The notes beneath the pieces are model-generated. The model searched no databases. It had not been told where the DNA came from and saw only the letters and a program-made list of their open reading frames with translations. Source: Candidatus Thorarchaeota archaeon (GTDB lineage Archaea > Asgardarchaeota > Thorarchaeia > Thorarchaeales > Thorarchaeaceae). Taken from it: a stretch of 45,117 nucleotides of DNA. Positions 25,425-35,733 of the stretch are shown in pieces. Both the position numbers and the translations under genes were made by a program. The DNA is taken from positions 149,657 through 194,773 of the forward strand of contig JBHLRS010000001.1 in assembly GCA_048882325.1 (NCBI GenBank), written 5' to 3'. Each line of letters opens with the position of its first letter. Positions within the stretch are counted from its first letter, which is position 1.

Positions 25425-26933
25425 ATGCGTCACTCACCTTCGCGTTTATTGTTTGTAAGCTTTATCACTCTGTTTCTGGTGATGATGGTTGGAAGCGTCA
25501 ACACCACAGATGCCCAGGTGTTCCCAGATGATTTCATCGAAGATGGGACTCTGTTTGTCTATGCCGCTCTTGATGATATGAATCTCAAGGATTATGGTCC
25601 TGGCAATCCATTACCGATCAATTTGGATGCACCTATGGAACTCACACTTCAACTGAATGCTACTGGAACGCAGCTGCTAAATGTCAGTGGAACCATAACG
25701 TTTTGGTATCAAGGATTTGGCATTTTCCCCATTCAGATTGTCGACATTAATAATAACACCTGGTTTGCGGTTGATCCATCAACACCGATTCCTCCTGTAA
25801 CTGCAGGAATGGACTTCTCTGGAATGATGTCACTCGGACCACTCCATCTTGCCACTGGTGTCTTCGAGGCAACCGTTGATTTTCGATATTATGTTGATGG
25901 TGATCCAACACTTCATGTACTGCAACATCATTTCGAATTTTATCTGCCTTCGGAACCGATTGACATCATAACATCAATCACAGGCATCGCAGCTATTTTT
26001 GCTACTGGTGGTGCCGTTTATGGTGTTGGAATGGGACTCAAGAGTTTATGGGACGGTCTTCAGACAGCATATAAACTGAGAAGCATTCAGAAGAAAGCTC
26101 ATGAGATTCGTTCGCTTCCGGATCTTACTGTGCTAGGTGCATTACCTTTGCTTTTCTCAATAGTTGATACCATGAAGAAGAAGAAGAAAGAAGGTCGAGA
26201 GGATTCGGGAGTTAGTGAATATATCGTAAGACAGCGGCTTCGTGAGGTCGCTCCAGAAGCATGGCGGCAGGATAAGTGTCCACAATGTAAAAGAAAATGG
26301 AACACTAAGTTGAACATGTGCAAGAAGTGCAACTTCCAAGAAGCTGATGCTAGAATCGCTTATGCAGATCTCCTTTCTGAAAAAGTTCCCACAGCTATCC
26401 GATGGATGGGCAAGAAGAAATCAACCGATGTCAAGACTCTCGCAAAGAAGACCGAGTCCACTCAGTATAACGCTGGCGTCATTGCTGCGGCGTTGGTGGA
26501 CACGAATGTGACCGAGATAACGAAGGTTGGTACACCATTCCGTTCATTCATATTGAATATCGCAGGACTTGTATTTGTAGTCATCACTTGGCAACAGCTA
26601 CTTGGGAACAGTTCCAGTACATGGTTAACCACATTGACCTTTGTAGGTGCAGGATTATCGCTAGCAGTCATCATAGCTCTCTACTTCAGCAGAAGGACCC
26701 AAATGGCAAAGTTTGAGGCTGAACAAGAAGCTGGGAAGAAGATTCTACCTACTCAGAAAGAGATTGAGGCAGACGCTGAATCTGATGAGGAGACTGAGGA
26801 ATCTGAAGCAGAAGTTGATTCTGAAGAACAGGAAGAATCCGAAGAGCCAGCAATTGATGAGGAATCTATTGAGTTTGATGAGGACTCTGAGCCAGAAGAA
26901 GAGTCTGAAGAAATCGATAGCTCTGAGGAGTGA
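25425..26933 (+). CDS. Hypothetical membrane protein: signal peptide, external beta domain, TM helices, C4 Zn-ribbon, acidic tail
   Basis: N-terminal hydrophobic signal, several TM segments, CPQC-x10-CKKC, Glu-rich C-terminus. Confidence 0.8.
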   Translation: MRHSPSRLLFVSFITLFLVMMVGSVNTTDAQVFPDDFIEDGTLFVYAALDDMNLKDYGPGNPLPINLDAPMELTLQLNATGTQLLNVSGTITFWYQGFGIFPIQIVDINNNTWFAVDPSTPIPPVTAGMDFSGMMSLGPLHLATGVFEATVDFRYYVDGDPTLHVLQHHFEFYLPSEPIDIITSITGIAAIFATGGAVYGVGMGLKSLWDGLQTAYKLRSIQKKAHEIRSLPDLTVLGALPLLFSIVDTMKKKKKEGREDSGVSEYIVRQRLREVAPEAWRQDKCPQCKRKWNTKLNMCKKCNFQEADARIAYADLLSEKVPTAIRWMGKKKSTDVKTLAKKTESTQYNAGVIAAALVDTNVTEITKVGTPFRSFILNIAGLVFVVITWQQLLGNSSSTWLTTLTFVGAGLSLAVIIALYFSRRTQMAKFEAEQEAGKKILPTQKEIEADAESDEETEESEAEVDSEEQEESEEPAIDEESIEFDEDSEPEEESEEIDSSEE

Positions 26934-26960
26934 TTTACCCTCCATCAAATAGAGAAAGTG

Positions 26961-26981
26961 GCGGCTCTTTGTTAGAGCCGC
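26961..26981. terminator. Hairpin between convergent genes, probable terminator
   Basis: GCGGCTCT-TTGTT-AGAGCCGC followed by TCCATTTCATTTTT. Confidence 0.6.
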
Positions 26982-27003
26982 TCCATTTCATTTTTCTAGA
27001 TAC

Positions 27004-30000
27004 TTATACTTCCATCGGGGCTCTAGAAGTCTTCCCTCTAGACAGCTTGCTGAATATCTGAATTATCTTCGATGAGATGAATGGAATCACTACTAGGAAT
27101 GCAACAGGCAGTAGTACTATGACCCCAAGCTCCCAGCTTGCTAAGAAGTCCATACTCATGACTGTGGTCGCACCTACTACGACCAAGAACATCAGGAACT
27201 TGATTCTGATTGAGGAGCTGAACCTACTAACCATAGATGTCTTCTCATCCTCGACGATACTTGGCGGTGTTCCAGCATCTTCCATCTTCACGATTTTCTT
27301 GAGACCCTTACTCACCTCACGATAAAGATTGATTACAACCACTAGAATCGATGAAATGTATGCAGTGAAAATGGTCGTCATTATCGTCGGTACTGTTATT
27401 GTACCGATGGTGAATGATTGATCAATGATGAATGCTTTGAACCAATCTATCTCTACACCAAATACAAGAATCATGAAGATGACTAGTGGTACAAAGACAA
27501 GATGCCATAGACCTAGAACTATCCGCCCTCTATTGAGATTTCCTCGAACTAGCACTGCGGCTGTAGCATCTCGATATAGCCAGAGACCATAGAGTAGTAC
27601 CGAACATCCCAGTAGAGCCACGGTCAGGACTAATGCCACCGAGTAGTTGCCAGCAGTGTACATCGAGTAGGACCCGATTAATCCAAGTCCTGCTCCTAAG
27701 ACGATGAGTAGATATAGCCTGTCCATATTCTTTATTGATTTCTTTCGTCCCTCGAGAGACTTGTCATCAACTTTCAGTGAGGATGCCATCCTGAAATAGA
27801 TGACCATGCCGATTAGGCTCAGGACGAACGACAGACCTGCACCCATCGAAAGTGAAGTGGTTGACATCGCAAAGTTTGGTGTTGCTGGATCAACTGTGAT
27901 ACTCGTTGCAGTATTTACAGACTCTGCAACAAACTCTCCAACTGCAGTCACAGTTACGGTGAAGTCTCCATAACCCAATGTAGAAGGTACAGCTGGAATG
28001 GAAACTTCATACTCTCCAATCTGATCAGTTGGGTATGCTGTCATTGTCATTCCCATGAATTCCACTGACACCTCCAAGTCGGGAACTGGGTTACCATAGC
28101 CATCAGCTAGGTTGACCATAATAGTTAGGGGTTGTCCTTGGACTGGCTCTTCGGGGCTATAATCGATGAAGAACTCAAGTGTACCTAGGACCACAAGTGA
28201 ACCATTGATCGGCTCTCCTGTTTCAACATCAGGATGAGTCACAGAAACTATGTATTCATACTCACCGGGGAGCCAACCAGCAGTAGAAACTGTCGCTGCA
28301 TAGATGCCTGGATCCCCTTCAAGAAGACTGTATGAAAGTGCGTTTACAAAGACTGTCACTGTTGCTCCTGATACCGGTCTATCCGCCCAGTCTGAAAACT
28401 CAAGCTCAAACACAGTCTGATTGCCCTGATGAATGATCCATCCCAGCGACGAAAAGATCTGAGCATCAGTAGCTGCATCGGAGTATGAGCGGATAAAGAA
28501 CTCTCCTGACCATGGTGTTGCATATGTGGCATTGATTGAGATTGTGAAAGTATTGGGCCCAAGTAGAAAGTCTGCAGTTACAAACATGATATACTCTGGT
28601 TCACCACTTGGTCCATGTGATGCTGTGTAGAGTGTCCCATTAATGTCAATCTCTACCGATGTTCCTAGAAACACTGGTCCATATCTATCTCTGACAAAGA
28701 CAGTCACTTCAAAATCAGAACCACCTGCAACCCTAGTTTCGTAGAAGACATTAGGAGTCAGATTACCAAACACTTCGAAACTAATTTCTTGAATGACTAG
28801 TCCCACAATGTATGGTCTCTCAATTCTCAGTTCGAAGGTGTGATTGCCTATTCCGATATTGGCTGTATGATTGAACAGATAGCTACCAGGATCTGGACTG
28901 CCAATTAGCTCGAATCCCACTGGACCGCTAACAAGACTTACTGTTGCACCAGAAACCGGGACTCCATATTGGTCAGTGATGTTGAACCAAGCTGTCACCA
29001 ATTCATCTTGTTGGATAACTGAGGGGAAGTTGGTGTAGACATCTAGAGTGGAGGCTAATAGTCTTACATTTATGAACTTGGCATCAGCAGCCAATCCTGT
29101 CCCAAAGGGATGAGTCGCTTGTGCTTCAGCTTCATGAGTTCCAGGACTAAGCTGTACCTCTGGGTAGTAGGCAAGATATTCTATCCCTACTGGTGTTGCG
29201 GCCTGTCCCAGTCCTGCAAGGAAAATATCGACCGTCGCATCTTCAACAAACCTGCCCATGATGTCAGTGACCGTGGCTGATAGGTTCATACCCTCTCCTT
29301 GGTTCACAGAGGGAGGTGAGGCGAGTGTGACATAGAGGTGGCTTCTAACAGTCATAACATCTACGAATAGTTCGCTATAGTGATGATAGTAGTTATGATT
29401 GATAGATATACTCAGGTTGACTACACCCATTGGCCATGATGCTGTTGTTTCTCCCCAATAATGCTGCTCCATCCAATTATAGTATAGGCTAAATGTATGT
29501 ATTGCTTGACCTTCTGTGGTCCTATATTGAGCATCCATGTAGACTGATGCGTCACTAATGGGTTCACCGTAGACATTCAACACTGACACGTTCATGTCAA
29601 ACCATCCAGTTTGAAGGACATCCGTCATGGTGAATTCCAAGGTGACATCCATGACATAGTGAGTATCGATGTTTCTAATGGCTCCGAGGGTGTAGCTCGT
29701 TACTGTGGCAAATGGATATGCCGCGATTTCTTCTCCCGGAATTGAATCAATATCGCCAATCAGTAGTGGATTATAGACCTCGCCAACACTCGTTGTCCAT
29801 TCAATTGTCCCAATGAAATTGACCATAGTCAACCTTTCATCCTGGTCAGTGAAAAGAAGGAATTCGTTTCGTCCATCACCATCGAAATCTGCAATCATAG
29901 CGCTTAGCGGTGTGGCACCTGTAATTGGTGTGGTCCATCTTACACTCAATGTGGAACCAAACTCTGTGAGTAGAAGTTGATTTGGAAGTTTTACAAACAG

Positions 30001-32523
30001 GTCATCTGTACCATCACCTGTAGCGTCAGCTGGGTAGAAGTATGTGATATACTGATGTTCAAGCTGATAGACAGGTGTGTTGTTTACATTTGTTGTTCCA
30101 CTGTCGAAGACGTAAATCCTACCGGTGGGATCAGAAGCGTTCCAGTAAGTGTAACTGGTAACAAACTGCTCCCTTCCAGAAGTTGCATTGTACATCTTGT
30201 CAACACCACCAAATTCTATGTTCCCATAGGCACTGAGGTCTATGTCTAGTGAATGTGAGTATACGAGGTCGGTGCTCAGGATGTCAATTTCTATATCTCC
30301 GCGCACAACTCCAATATACCCTGTTGGTGAATCTGTGATTACGGTGAAGCCTCTTACACCATACCTATTATCACCGCTGTTCGGAAGATCAACACTAGTC
30401 CAAGTGCCATCAGAATCCATTTTTATTACATTATAGGGCTGCGTATCCGATGCGATGAAAAGCTCTTCATAGCCGTCCCCATCATCGTCAAAAACTTCCA
30501 TATAGTTGAAGCTCTTGTATGCAAATGGTATCGTGCCATTATCCACAAGAGAGAAAGAGTTTCCATCAAACACATGATATCTAAAGACATAGTTCTTGTC
30601 GTAGTAAAGGTCCAGTACGATGATGTCCTGAATACTGTCACCATCTAGCATCGCAGTGAACAATGCAAAGTTGGTAAATGGAATCGCAGCAGGATTTGCT
30701 ATAGTTAGATTGGCTGACTTGGTTCCATCGGCCGAGTATTTCCAAAGACTCAAGTCGAGATCCCCTTTAGCCCTCTCTATGGTGTAGATCAAACGTGACC
30801 CATCCGACTCGTTTCCGATGTCTGATTGATGGTACCTCTTATGTACATAATCTGTTGTTGTCTTGTCAATTTTCCAAACGAAATCTCCAGCAACTGAGAA
30901 GACTTCAGGATGTGTAGCGTTACCCAAAGACCCCATATTGAGATATGAGTCTTGGACAACAATATAGTATTCATAATCTCCCGACTGAAGGTTTCCGATG
31001 AATGCATAATAAAGTCCAGGAGTGCTGGATGAATACATCTCATCCTGGGGTTGAATCCAAGTACTGCTCTCTGGAAGTCTCATCCAGATATCGATATACT
31101 CAATATACGAGGATTCGTCGACATTGACATTAATCGTGACATAGTCATCGAGAACAGTAGGATGGATTGGGTCAATAGACAAGGGGGTGATTATAGGTTG
31201 GGTAGCATCACTTCTAAGAATCCATACTCCATCTTCTATCCTAACAACAGCATCATCCCATGAGTCCCCATCATAGTCAAAGACGAGAATCTGATGCCCC
31301 AGGCTCCGAACGTCAAGAAGATACTCTAGGTGCGCGAAATCACCGTCCAGTCCTCTGAAGATTCCAAGACCTCCTAATGTGGTACCGATGACAAGTTCAT
31401 CTGTGTTGTCTTGGTCCATCCTTCCCACTCCAAACTCCTTTGATGAGAATGTCCAAATTCCATCTACCTCTCTAAGTGGAAATCCCAGGATTCCATCTCT
31501 GTAGTAGGCCTTTTCTTGTGTCCGACTAATGACGACAAGATCATCTTGCGTATCAGCATTGAAGTCTCCAGTTGCGATGAATCTGGTCGTACTAGTGAGT
31601 GGATCAGCATTTTGTGTATAAACGACTCCCAGTGTGGTTCCATCGTAAACAACAATGTCTCCATCACTTTCAATCGTTGCTATCTCATTCAGTCCTCCTA
31701 AGTGATCAAATGTCACCATATCGTCAATACTAGGAGTAAGAATGATATTCTGAACCTGAGACCCATCTGGTTCCACAACTGTTAGGTTTCTTTGGCCCGC
31801 TGTCCCCATTGAGTTGACAAGTGCGATAGTATCGGATGAAAGACTGGTGAATCGTCCAATCACAGGATTGACATAAGCATAGTCTACATTGAATGTCCCA
31901 ATTGTGACATTGTTAATCACATCCAATGTTAGGAAGTTGTCTCTGCTGTTCACATTCTGAACAAGGAGGTCCGGGAATGCATCACCGTTGAAGATTCCGA
32001 AACCCATAGGTGTTGGCCATATGAATGGCATCAGATATTCTGCTACATATCCATCATTTATATCAACCATAAGAATATACCAATTCACTCCTCCAACAAC
32101 ATTCCTGAGGAAGAACTCGGTACTCCCATCTAGATCCACATCGTATCCCTTGAGGTAAGCTCCATTTCCTTTGGTACCTGCAGGAAGTGCAATGTCAAGC
32201 GTGACATCATTGATCAAATCAACAAAATAAAGTCGGCTCTCAGCCTCAATGATATATGCGAATCCACGATAACCAGAGACCTCTCCTGTTGCAATACGGA
32301 TGTTTGCATCTGGAAGGCTGTATGAGAGAAGGTCTTGTGACAAACTAGTTGGATTTTCCAACTGAATGTCAGAGATGATTGTTGGCTCAGAAGTCATCAC
32401 TACTGGTGTGATGAACATTAAGACAAGTGCAGAAACCAGAATGAGCTTCAGGACACTCGTAGTATCAGCGTCCATCCTCTTGACCATTGGTCGATATGGA
32501 CTTGCTCTGTCAGATTGTGACAT
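27004..32523 (-). CDS. Large surface protein with FG-GAP/VCBS-like repeats, Ig-like stalk and C-terminal multi-pass (~7 TM) domain
   Basis: About ten DxD/NxDG-type motifs (e.g. DVDLDGSTE, GDFNADTQDD, DYDGDSWDD, DDDGDGYEE, DFDGDGRNE). Repeated D-x-x-G-x-PVSGATV Ig-like modules. Seven hydrophobic helices at the C-terminus. Confidence 0.85.
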   Translation of the reverse strand: MSQSDRASPYRPMVKRMDADTTSVLKLILVSALVLMFITPVVMTSEPTIISDIQLENPTSLSQDLLSYSLPDANIRIATGEVSGYRGFAYIIEAESRLYFVDLINDVTLDIALPAGTKGNGAYLKGYDVDLDGSTEFFLRNVVGGVNWYILMVDINDGYVAEYLMPFIWPTPMGFGIFNGDAFPDLLVQNVNSRDNFLTLDVINNVTIGTFNVDYAYVNPVIGRFTSLSSDTIALVNSMGTAGQRNLTVVEPDGSQVQNIILTPSIDDMVTFDHLGGLNEIATIESDGDIVVYDGTTLGVVYTQNADPLTSTTRFIATGDFNADTQDDLVVISRTQEKAYYRDGILGFPLREVDGIWTFSSKEFGVGRMDQDNTDELVIGTTLGGLGIFRGLDGDFAHLEYLLDVRSLGHQILVFDYDGDSWDDAVVRIEDGVWILRSDATQPIITPLSIDPIHPTVLDDYVTINVNVDESSYIEYIDIWMRLPESSTWIQPQDEMYSSSTPGLYYAFIGNLQSGDYEYYIVVQDSYLNMGSLGNATHPEVFSVAGDFVWKIDKTTTDYVHKRYHQSDIGNESDGSRLIYTIERAKGDLDLSLWKYSADGTKSANLTIANPAAIPFTNFALFTAMLDGDSIQDIIVLDLYYDKNYVFRYHVFDGNSFSLVDNGTIPFAYKSFNYMEVFDDDGDGYEELFIASDTQPYNVIKMDSDGTWTSVDLPNSGDNRYGVRGFTVITDSPTGYIGVVRGDIEIDILSTDLVYSHSLDIDLSAYGNIEFGGVDKMYNATSGREQFVTSYTYWNASDPTGRIYVFDSGTTNVNNTPVYQLEHQYITYFYPADATGDGTDDLFVKLPNQLLLTEFGSTLSVRWTTPITGATPLSAMIADFDGDGRNEFLLFTDQDERLTMVNFIGTIEWTTSVGEVYNPLLIGDIDSIPGEEIAAYPFATVTSYTLGAIRNIDTHYVMDVTLEFTMTDVLQTGWFDMNVSVLNVYGEPISDASVYMDAQYRTTEGQAIHTFSLYYNWMEQHYWGETTASWPMGVVNLSISINHNYYHHYSELFVDVMTVRSHLYVTLASPPSVNQGEGMNLSATVTDIMGRFVEDATVDIFLAGLGQAATPVGIEYLAYYPEVQLSPGTHEAEAQATHPFGTGLAADAKFINVRLLASTLDVYTNFPSVIQQDELVTAWFNITDQYGVPVSGATVSLVSGPVGFELIGSPDPGSYLFNHTANIGIGNHTFELRIERPYIVGLVIQEISFEVFGNLTPNVFYETRVAGGSDFEVTVFVRDRYGPVFLGTSVEIDINGTLYTASHGPSGEPEYIMFVTADFLLGPNTFTISINATYATPWSGEFFIRSYSDAATDAQIFSSLGWIIHQGNQTVFELEFSDWADRPVSGATVTVFVNALSYSLLEGDPGIYAATVSTAGWLPGEYEYIVSVTHPDVETGEPINGSLVVLGTLEFFIDYSPEEPVQGQPLTIMVNLADGYGNPVPDLEVSVEFMGMTMTAYPTDQIGEYEVSIPAVPSTLGYGDFTVTVTAVGEFVAESVNTATSITVDPATPNFAMSTTSLSMGAGLSFVLSLIGMVIYFRMASSLKVDDKSLEGRKKSIKNMDRLYLLIVLGAGLGLIGSYSMYTAGNYSVALVLTVALLGCSVLLYGLWLYRDATAAVLVRGNLNRGRIVLGLWHLVFVPLVIFMILVFGVEIDWFKAFIIDQSFTIGTITVPTIMTTIFTAYISSILVVVINLYREVSKGLKKIVKMEDAGTPPSIVEDEKTSMVSRFSSSIRIKFLMFLVVVGATTVMSMDFLASWELGVIVLLPVAFLVVIPFISSKIIQIFSKLSRGKTSRAPMEV

Positions 32524-32701
32524 ATGAAATTACTTCCTAAACCGCGCACATCGATTTTTGCATCCCGCATAGAAATCATGGCGTCGTATCCAGCAATTGA
32601 TTACATCAACCCTTTTATCGGTTCTGGGCGGGTTCTGCACCGATATCCTAAAGTCCTGCGCATACAATCGCAAAATCAGGCATTCTAGGGGTTTGAACGA
32701 A

Positions 32702-34063
32702 ATGGTTGAACGCATTGTAGTGATTGGTTGTGGAGCTGCTGGTGCTACTGCAGCGCTGCAGGCAAGGAAATTCAATAGAGGAGTCGAGATTTCGATTTTC
32801 AATACTGAGCAATACTCTCAGTATTCACGGTGTGGACTTCCGTATACAATCTCAGGGAAAGTGGGTGCATTCGAAGACCTTGTGCTAATGAAACCAGATA
32901 ACTGGGGTGCTCTAAAGATCAATGCTCATCTCGGAGTACATGTTTCCGATATTGACCATAAATCAAAGGAAATCACATACTCTGGTGAAGGTGATGAAGG
33001 GAAACTTAACTATGATGCGTTGGTATTTGCGACAGGTGCAGAGAATGCAGACCCACCAATAAAAGGTCTTGATAAGAATCGAGTCTATGGACTTCGAACT
33101 ATAGATGATGCAAAAACTCTATCCAAGGAAGCTGACAATGCAAAGACTGCTGTCGTGATTGGAGGCGGTCTCGTAGGTATGGAAGCAGCTGAAGCATTTT
33201 ATGAACGGGGACTCGATGTCACTGTAGTGGAATTTCTCCCGAATATTCTACTCGCTATGGTTGATAGTGATATGGCAGCTATCGTTGAAGAGCATTGTAT
33301 GGAACACGGACTCAAGATTCTCACCAACACAGCCGCGCAGGAAATCAAAGGAAAGGATTCTCCTGAGTCTGTGGTTATCAGAAATAGAGAAACTGATGAG
33401 CAATCAGAGATTCCCGCAGACTTCGTCGTTGTCGCTACTGGAGTTCGACCAGTCACAAATCTTGCAGAGAAGATAGGAGTCGAGATCGGAACAACCCGAG
33501 GCATCAAGACCAATGACAAGATGATGACAAATCTGGATCAAGTCTATGCATGTGGGGATTGTGCTGAGAATTTCGAGTTCATCTCTCGAACACCAATGGT
33601 CGGTGGTCTTGGTACAGTCGCAGTCAGACAGGCACGTGTTGCAGGCATCAATGCGGCAGGGGGTGATGTTACATTCCCTGGAATTGTTGGTGCAAAGGTC
33701 ACAAAACTCTTCGGTCTTGAGATAGCCAGCACAGGCTTTACTGAACACATGGCGAAGCAATTTGAGGTTCCTATTGTCAAGGGTTCGATGAAAGGCTTAA
33801 CAAAACCTCCCTACTACATCGGTGGAAAAGAACTGAAGCTTAAGACATTCTATAACAAAGAAACTGGAAAACTAGTAGGTGGACAACTTGTCGGAGAAGA
33901 AGATGCAGCAATGCGTCTCAATGTCATAACACTCGGGATACAGAAAGACATTAACGCAGTTGAATTGTTCAACTTTGAGAACTGCTATGCTCCTGCAATA
34001 TGCGATACATGGGATCCACTTGTGTCATCAGCAGATGCGGCTCGTCGCAGACTCAAAATGTAG
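32702..34063 (+). CDS. NADH oxidase / CoA-disulfide reductase family flavoprotein
   Basis: GCGAAG, YSRCGLPY (redox Cys), ATGA, IGGGLVGME, YACGDC, YAPA. Start moved to ATG 32702. Confidence 0.9.
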   Translation: MVERIVVIGCGAAGATAALQARKFNRGVEISIFNTEQYSQYSRCGLPYTISGKVGAFEDLVLMKPDNWGALKINAHLGVHVSDIDHKSKEITYSGEGDEGKLNYDALVFATGAENADPPIKGLDKNRVYGLRTIDDAKTLSKEADNAKTAVVIGGGLVGMEAAEAFYERGLDVTVVEFLPNILLAMVDSDMAAIVEEHCMEHGLKILTNTAAQEIKGKDSPESVVIRNRETDEQSEIPADFVVVATGVRPVTNLAEKIGVEIGTTRGIKTNDKMMTNLDQVYACGDCAENFEFISRTPMVGGLGTVAVRQARVAGINAAGGDVTFPGIVGAKVTKLFGLEIASTGFTEHMAKQFEVPIVKGSMKGLTKPPYYIGGKELKLKTFYNKETGKLVGGQLVGEEDAAMRLNVITLGIQKDINAVELFNFENCYAPAICDTWDPLVSSADAARRRLKM

Positions 34064-34064
34064 T

Positions 34065-34535
34065 TCATTCAGGGACAACTGTTGAAATGTTATTCAACGC
34101 GTACTGAAACGAGCTCACTTGGATAGGTGAACTAGCCACAAGAAAGACATAGTTTGGACCACTCTCCGTCTTTGAGTGACTCACTATAGCTTTAACAATC
34201 TCTTCAGCGACCTCCCAACTAGGGATTCGGGAAACCTCAAATCCCATTGTAAAGAATCCCACTCTCTGTGCATTCAGACTCCTTGCGGTTTCCAATGCTC
34301 CTAATGCAGCTGTGAAAATCTCTGATCTTCGGTCAGGATTTTTTAACGAGATACCTGGCCAGTACAAAACCTCATTTGCGTTACTCCCCTCTTTAGCCAC
34401 AATCGATGCACCGAGTGCGATATCTTTGGTTTTTACCACTAAATCCATACTCGAATCGTCAATATCTCCCAGTTCAACACTGACCCTGAGATTTCCCAAT
34501 GACCAATTACTCAAGGTGTCAATCCTCACATTCAT
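34065..34535 (-). CDS. Degenerate macrodomain-like protein
   Basis: SVELGDI start and ALETARSLNAQRVGFFTMG...AEEIVKAI C-terminal half resemble a macro fold. NAAN and GGG motifs are absent. Overlaps the upstream macro gene. Confidence 0.6.
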   Translation of the reverse strand: MNVRIDTLSNWSLGNLRVSVELGDIDDSSMDLVVKTKDIALGASIVAKEGSNANEVLYWPGISLKNPDRRSEIFTAALGALETARSLNAQRVGFFTMGFEVSRIPSWEVAEEIVKAIVSHSKTESGPNYVFLVASSPIQVSSFQYALNNISTVVPE

Positions 34536-35046
34536 TTACAGCTTTGCAAAAGCACTCACATACAGACTTGTTCAATCCAACTAGTGTTATTTCCTTTACT
34601 GACAGCGCTGTTTTGGCGTAGTGTGCAATTCCCTCAACTATTGCTTTTGCAGAGTCCTCTTTAGATAAGCCTCCCACTCCTGCACCTATTGCTGGAAAAG
34701 CCACAGAAGACAAATTGTGATCTGAGGCAATGTTGAGGGCTGCTTGAACCGAGGAGAGAACCTTCCAATAAGTTGCCTTCCCACCTGGCGGCATTCCAGC
34801 GCAATGAAGGACGTACTTTGAGGGAAGTTGGCCTGCTGTGGTCATGACCGCTTCGCCTGGTCTGATTGGTCCCATTGAAAGTGCCTCATCCTCAATCTGT
34901 TGTCCCCCTTTAGACTTGATAGCTCCAGCAACACCTGATCCCATCCAAAGGTCAGAATTTGCTGCATTCGCAATTGCGTCTACAGCCAGCTCAGTGATGT
35001 CACCAATGTAGGTCTTGACTAAAACAGACCCCAGCTTCTTCTCCAT
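34519..35046 (-). CDS. Macrodomain protein (ADP-ribose binding/hydrolase, MacroD/YmdB-like)
   Basis: GDIT, DAIANAAN, GSGVAGAI, SVAFPAIGAGVGG. Confidence 0.93.
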   Translation of the reverse strand: MEKKLGSVLVKTYIGDITELAVDAIANAANSDLWMGSGVAGAIKSKGGQQIEDEALSMGPIRPGEAVMTTAGQLPSKYVLHCAGMPPGGKATYWKVLSSVQAALNIASDHNLSSVAFPAIGAGVGGLSKEDSAKAIVEGIAHYAKTALSVKEITLVGLNKSVCECFCKAVNECED

Positions 35047-35154
35047 TTACCACATCCCCATTGAGAGTATGAATAATATGGTATTATTTTCGTAAAAGGT
35101 TGTCGTCCCACAACCTTTATGCTATCTATCACAGCAGTTCACTAGGCGAGTCAA

Positions 35155-35733
35155 CTGAACGACATTAAAACTGAAGAGCTGGATATACTAATCGCGAAAT
35201 ATGGTTCTCCAATTGTCCATGAATTTGCCGCAGATTTTTTAGACTTCGAGTGTAGACTCGTTAAACAAACGGAAACGAAGGGCCGCCTTCATGATATCAC
35301 CTGTTTTATCCGACAGGACGACGGAAATTTCGTTGTCATTCAAAAACCTCAGTATGCTCGAACTGGCATCTACAGAGCTCCATCTGGAGGTGCAATTCAA
35401 GGTGAACAATTGGAGGAGGCTGCAGTTCGAGAGATGTATGAGGAAACTGGTCTCACTGTTGAGCTCACTCGGTTTGTTCTCGATATGCACCTTGATATAA
35501 TCTGCAAGGATCGCACTATTCCTTGGCGTTCACTTGTTTTTCTAGCAAAGCCGATAGATGGAGAAATGAAGCCAATCGATACAAGAGAAATTTTCGATGT
35601 TACTGTGATGACTCGCGAGCAGCTTACTGGTGTTGTGGCCACACTGATGGAGAATTCTGGATGGGGTGGCTTCAAGTATAGAGCATTTCTGACTCGTGAG
35701 TTCTTCAAGCGAATTGATGAGTTGAATATCTGA
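35155..35733 (+). CDS. Nudix hydrolase (probable non-canonical CTG start)
   Basis: Complete Nudix box GGAIQGEQLEEAAVREMYEETG. The frame is open from 35146, but its first ATG/GTG/TTG (35410) lies inside the box. Confidence 0.8.
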   Translation: MNDIKTEELDILIAKYGSPIVHEFAADFLDFECRLVKQTETKGRLHDITCFIRQDDGNFVVIQKPQYARTGIYRAPSGGAIQGEQLEEAAVREMYEETGLTVELTRFVLDMHLDIICKDRTIPWRSLVFLAKPIDGEMKPIDTREIFDVTVMTREQLTGVVATLMENSGWGGFKYRAFLTREFFKRIDELNI

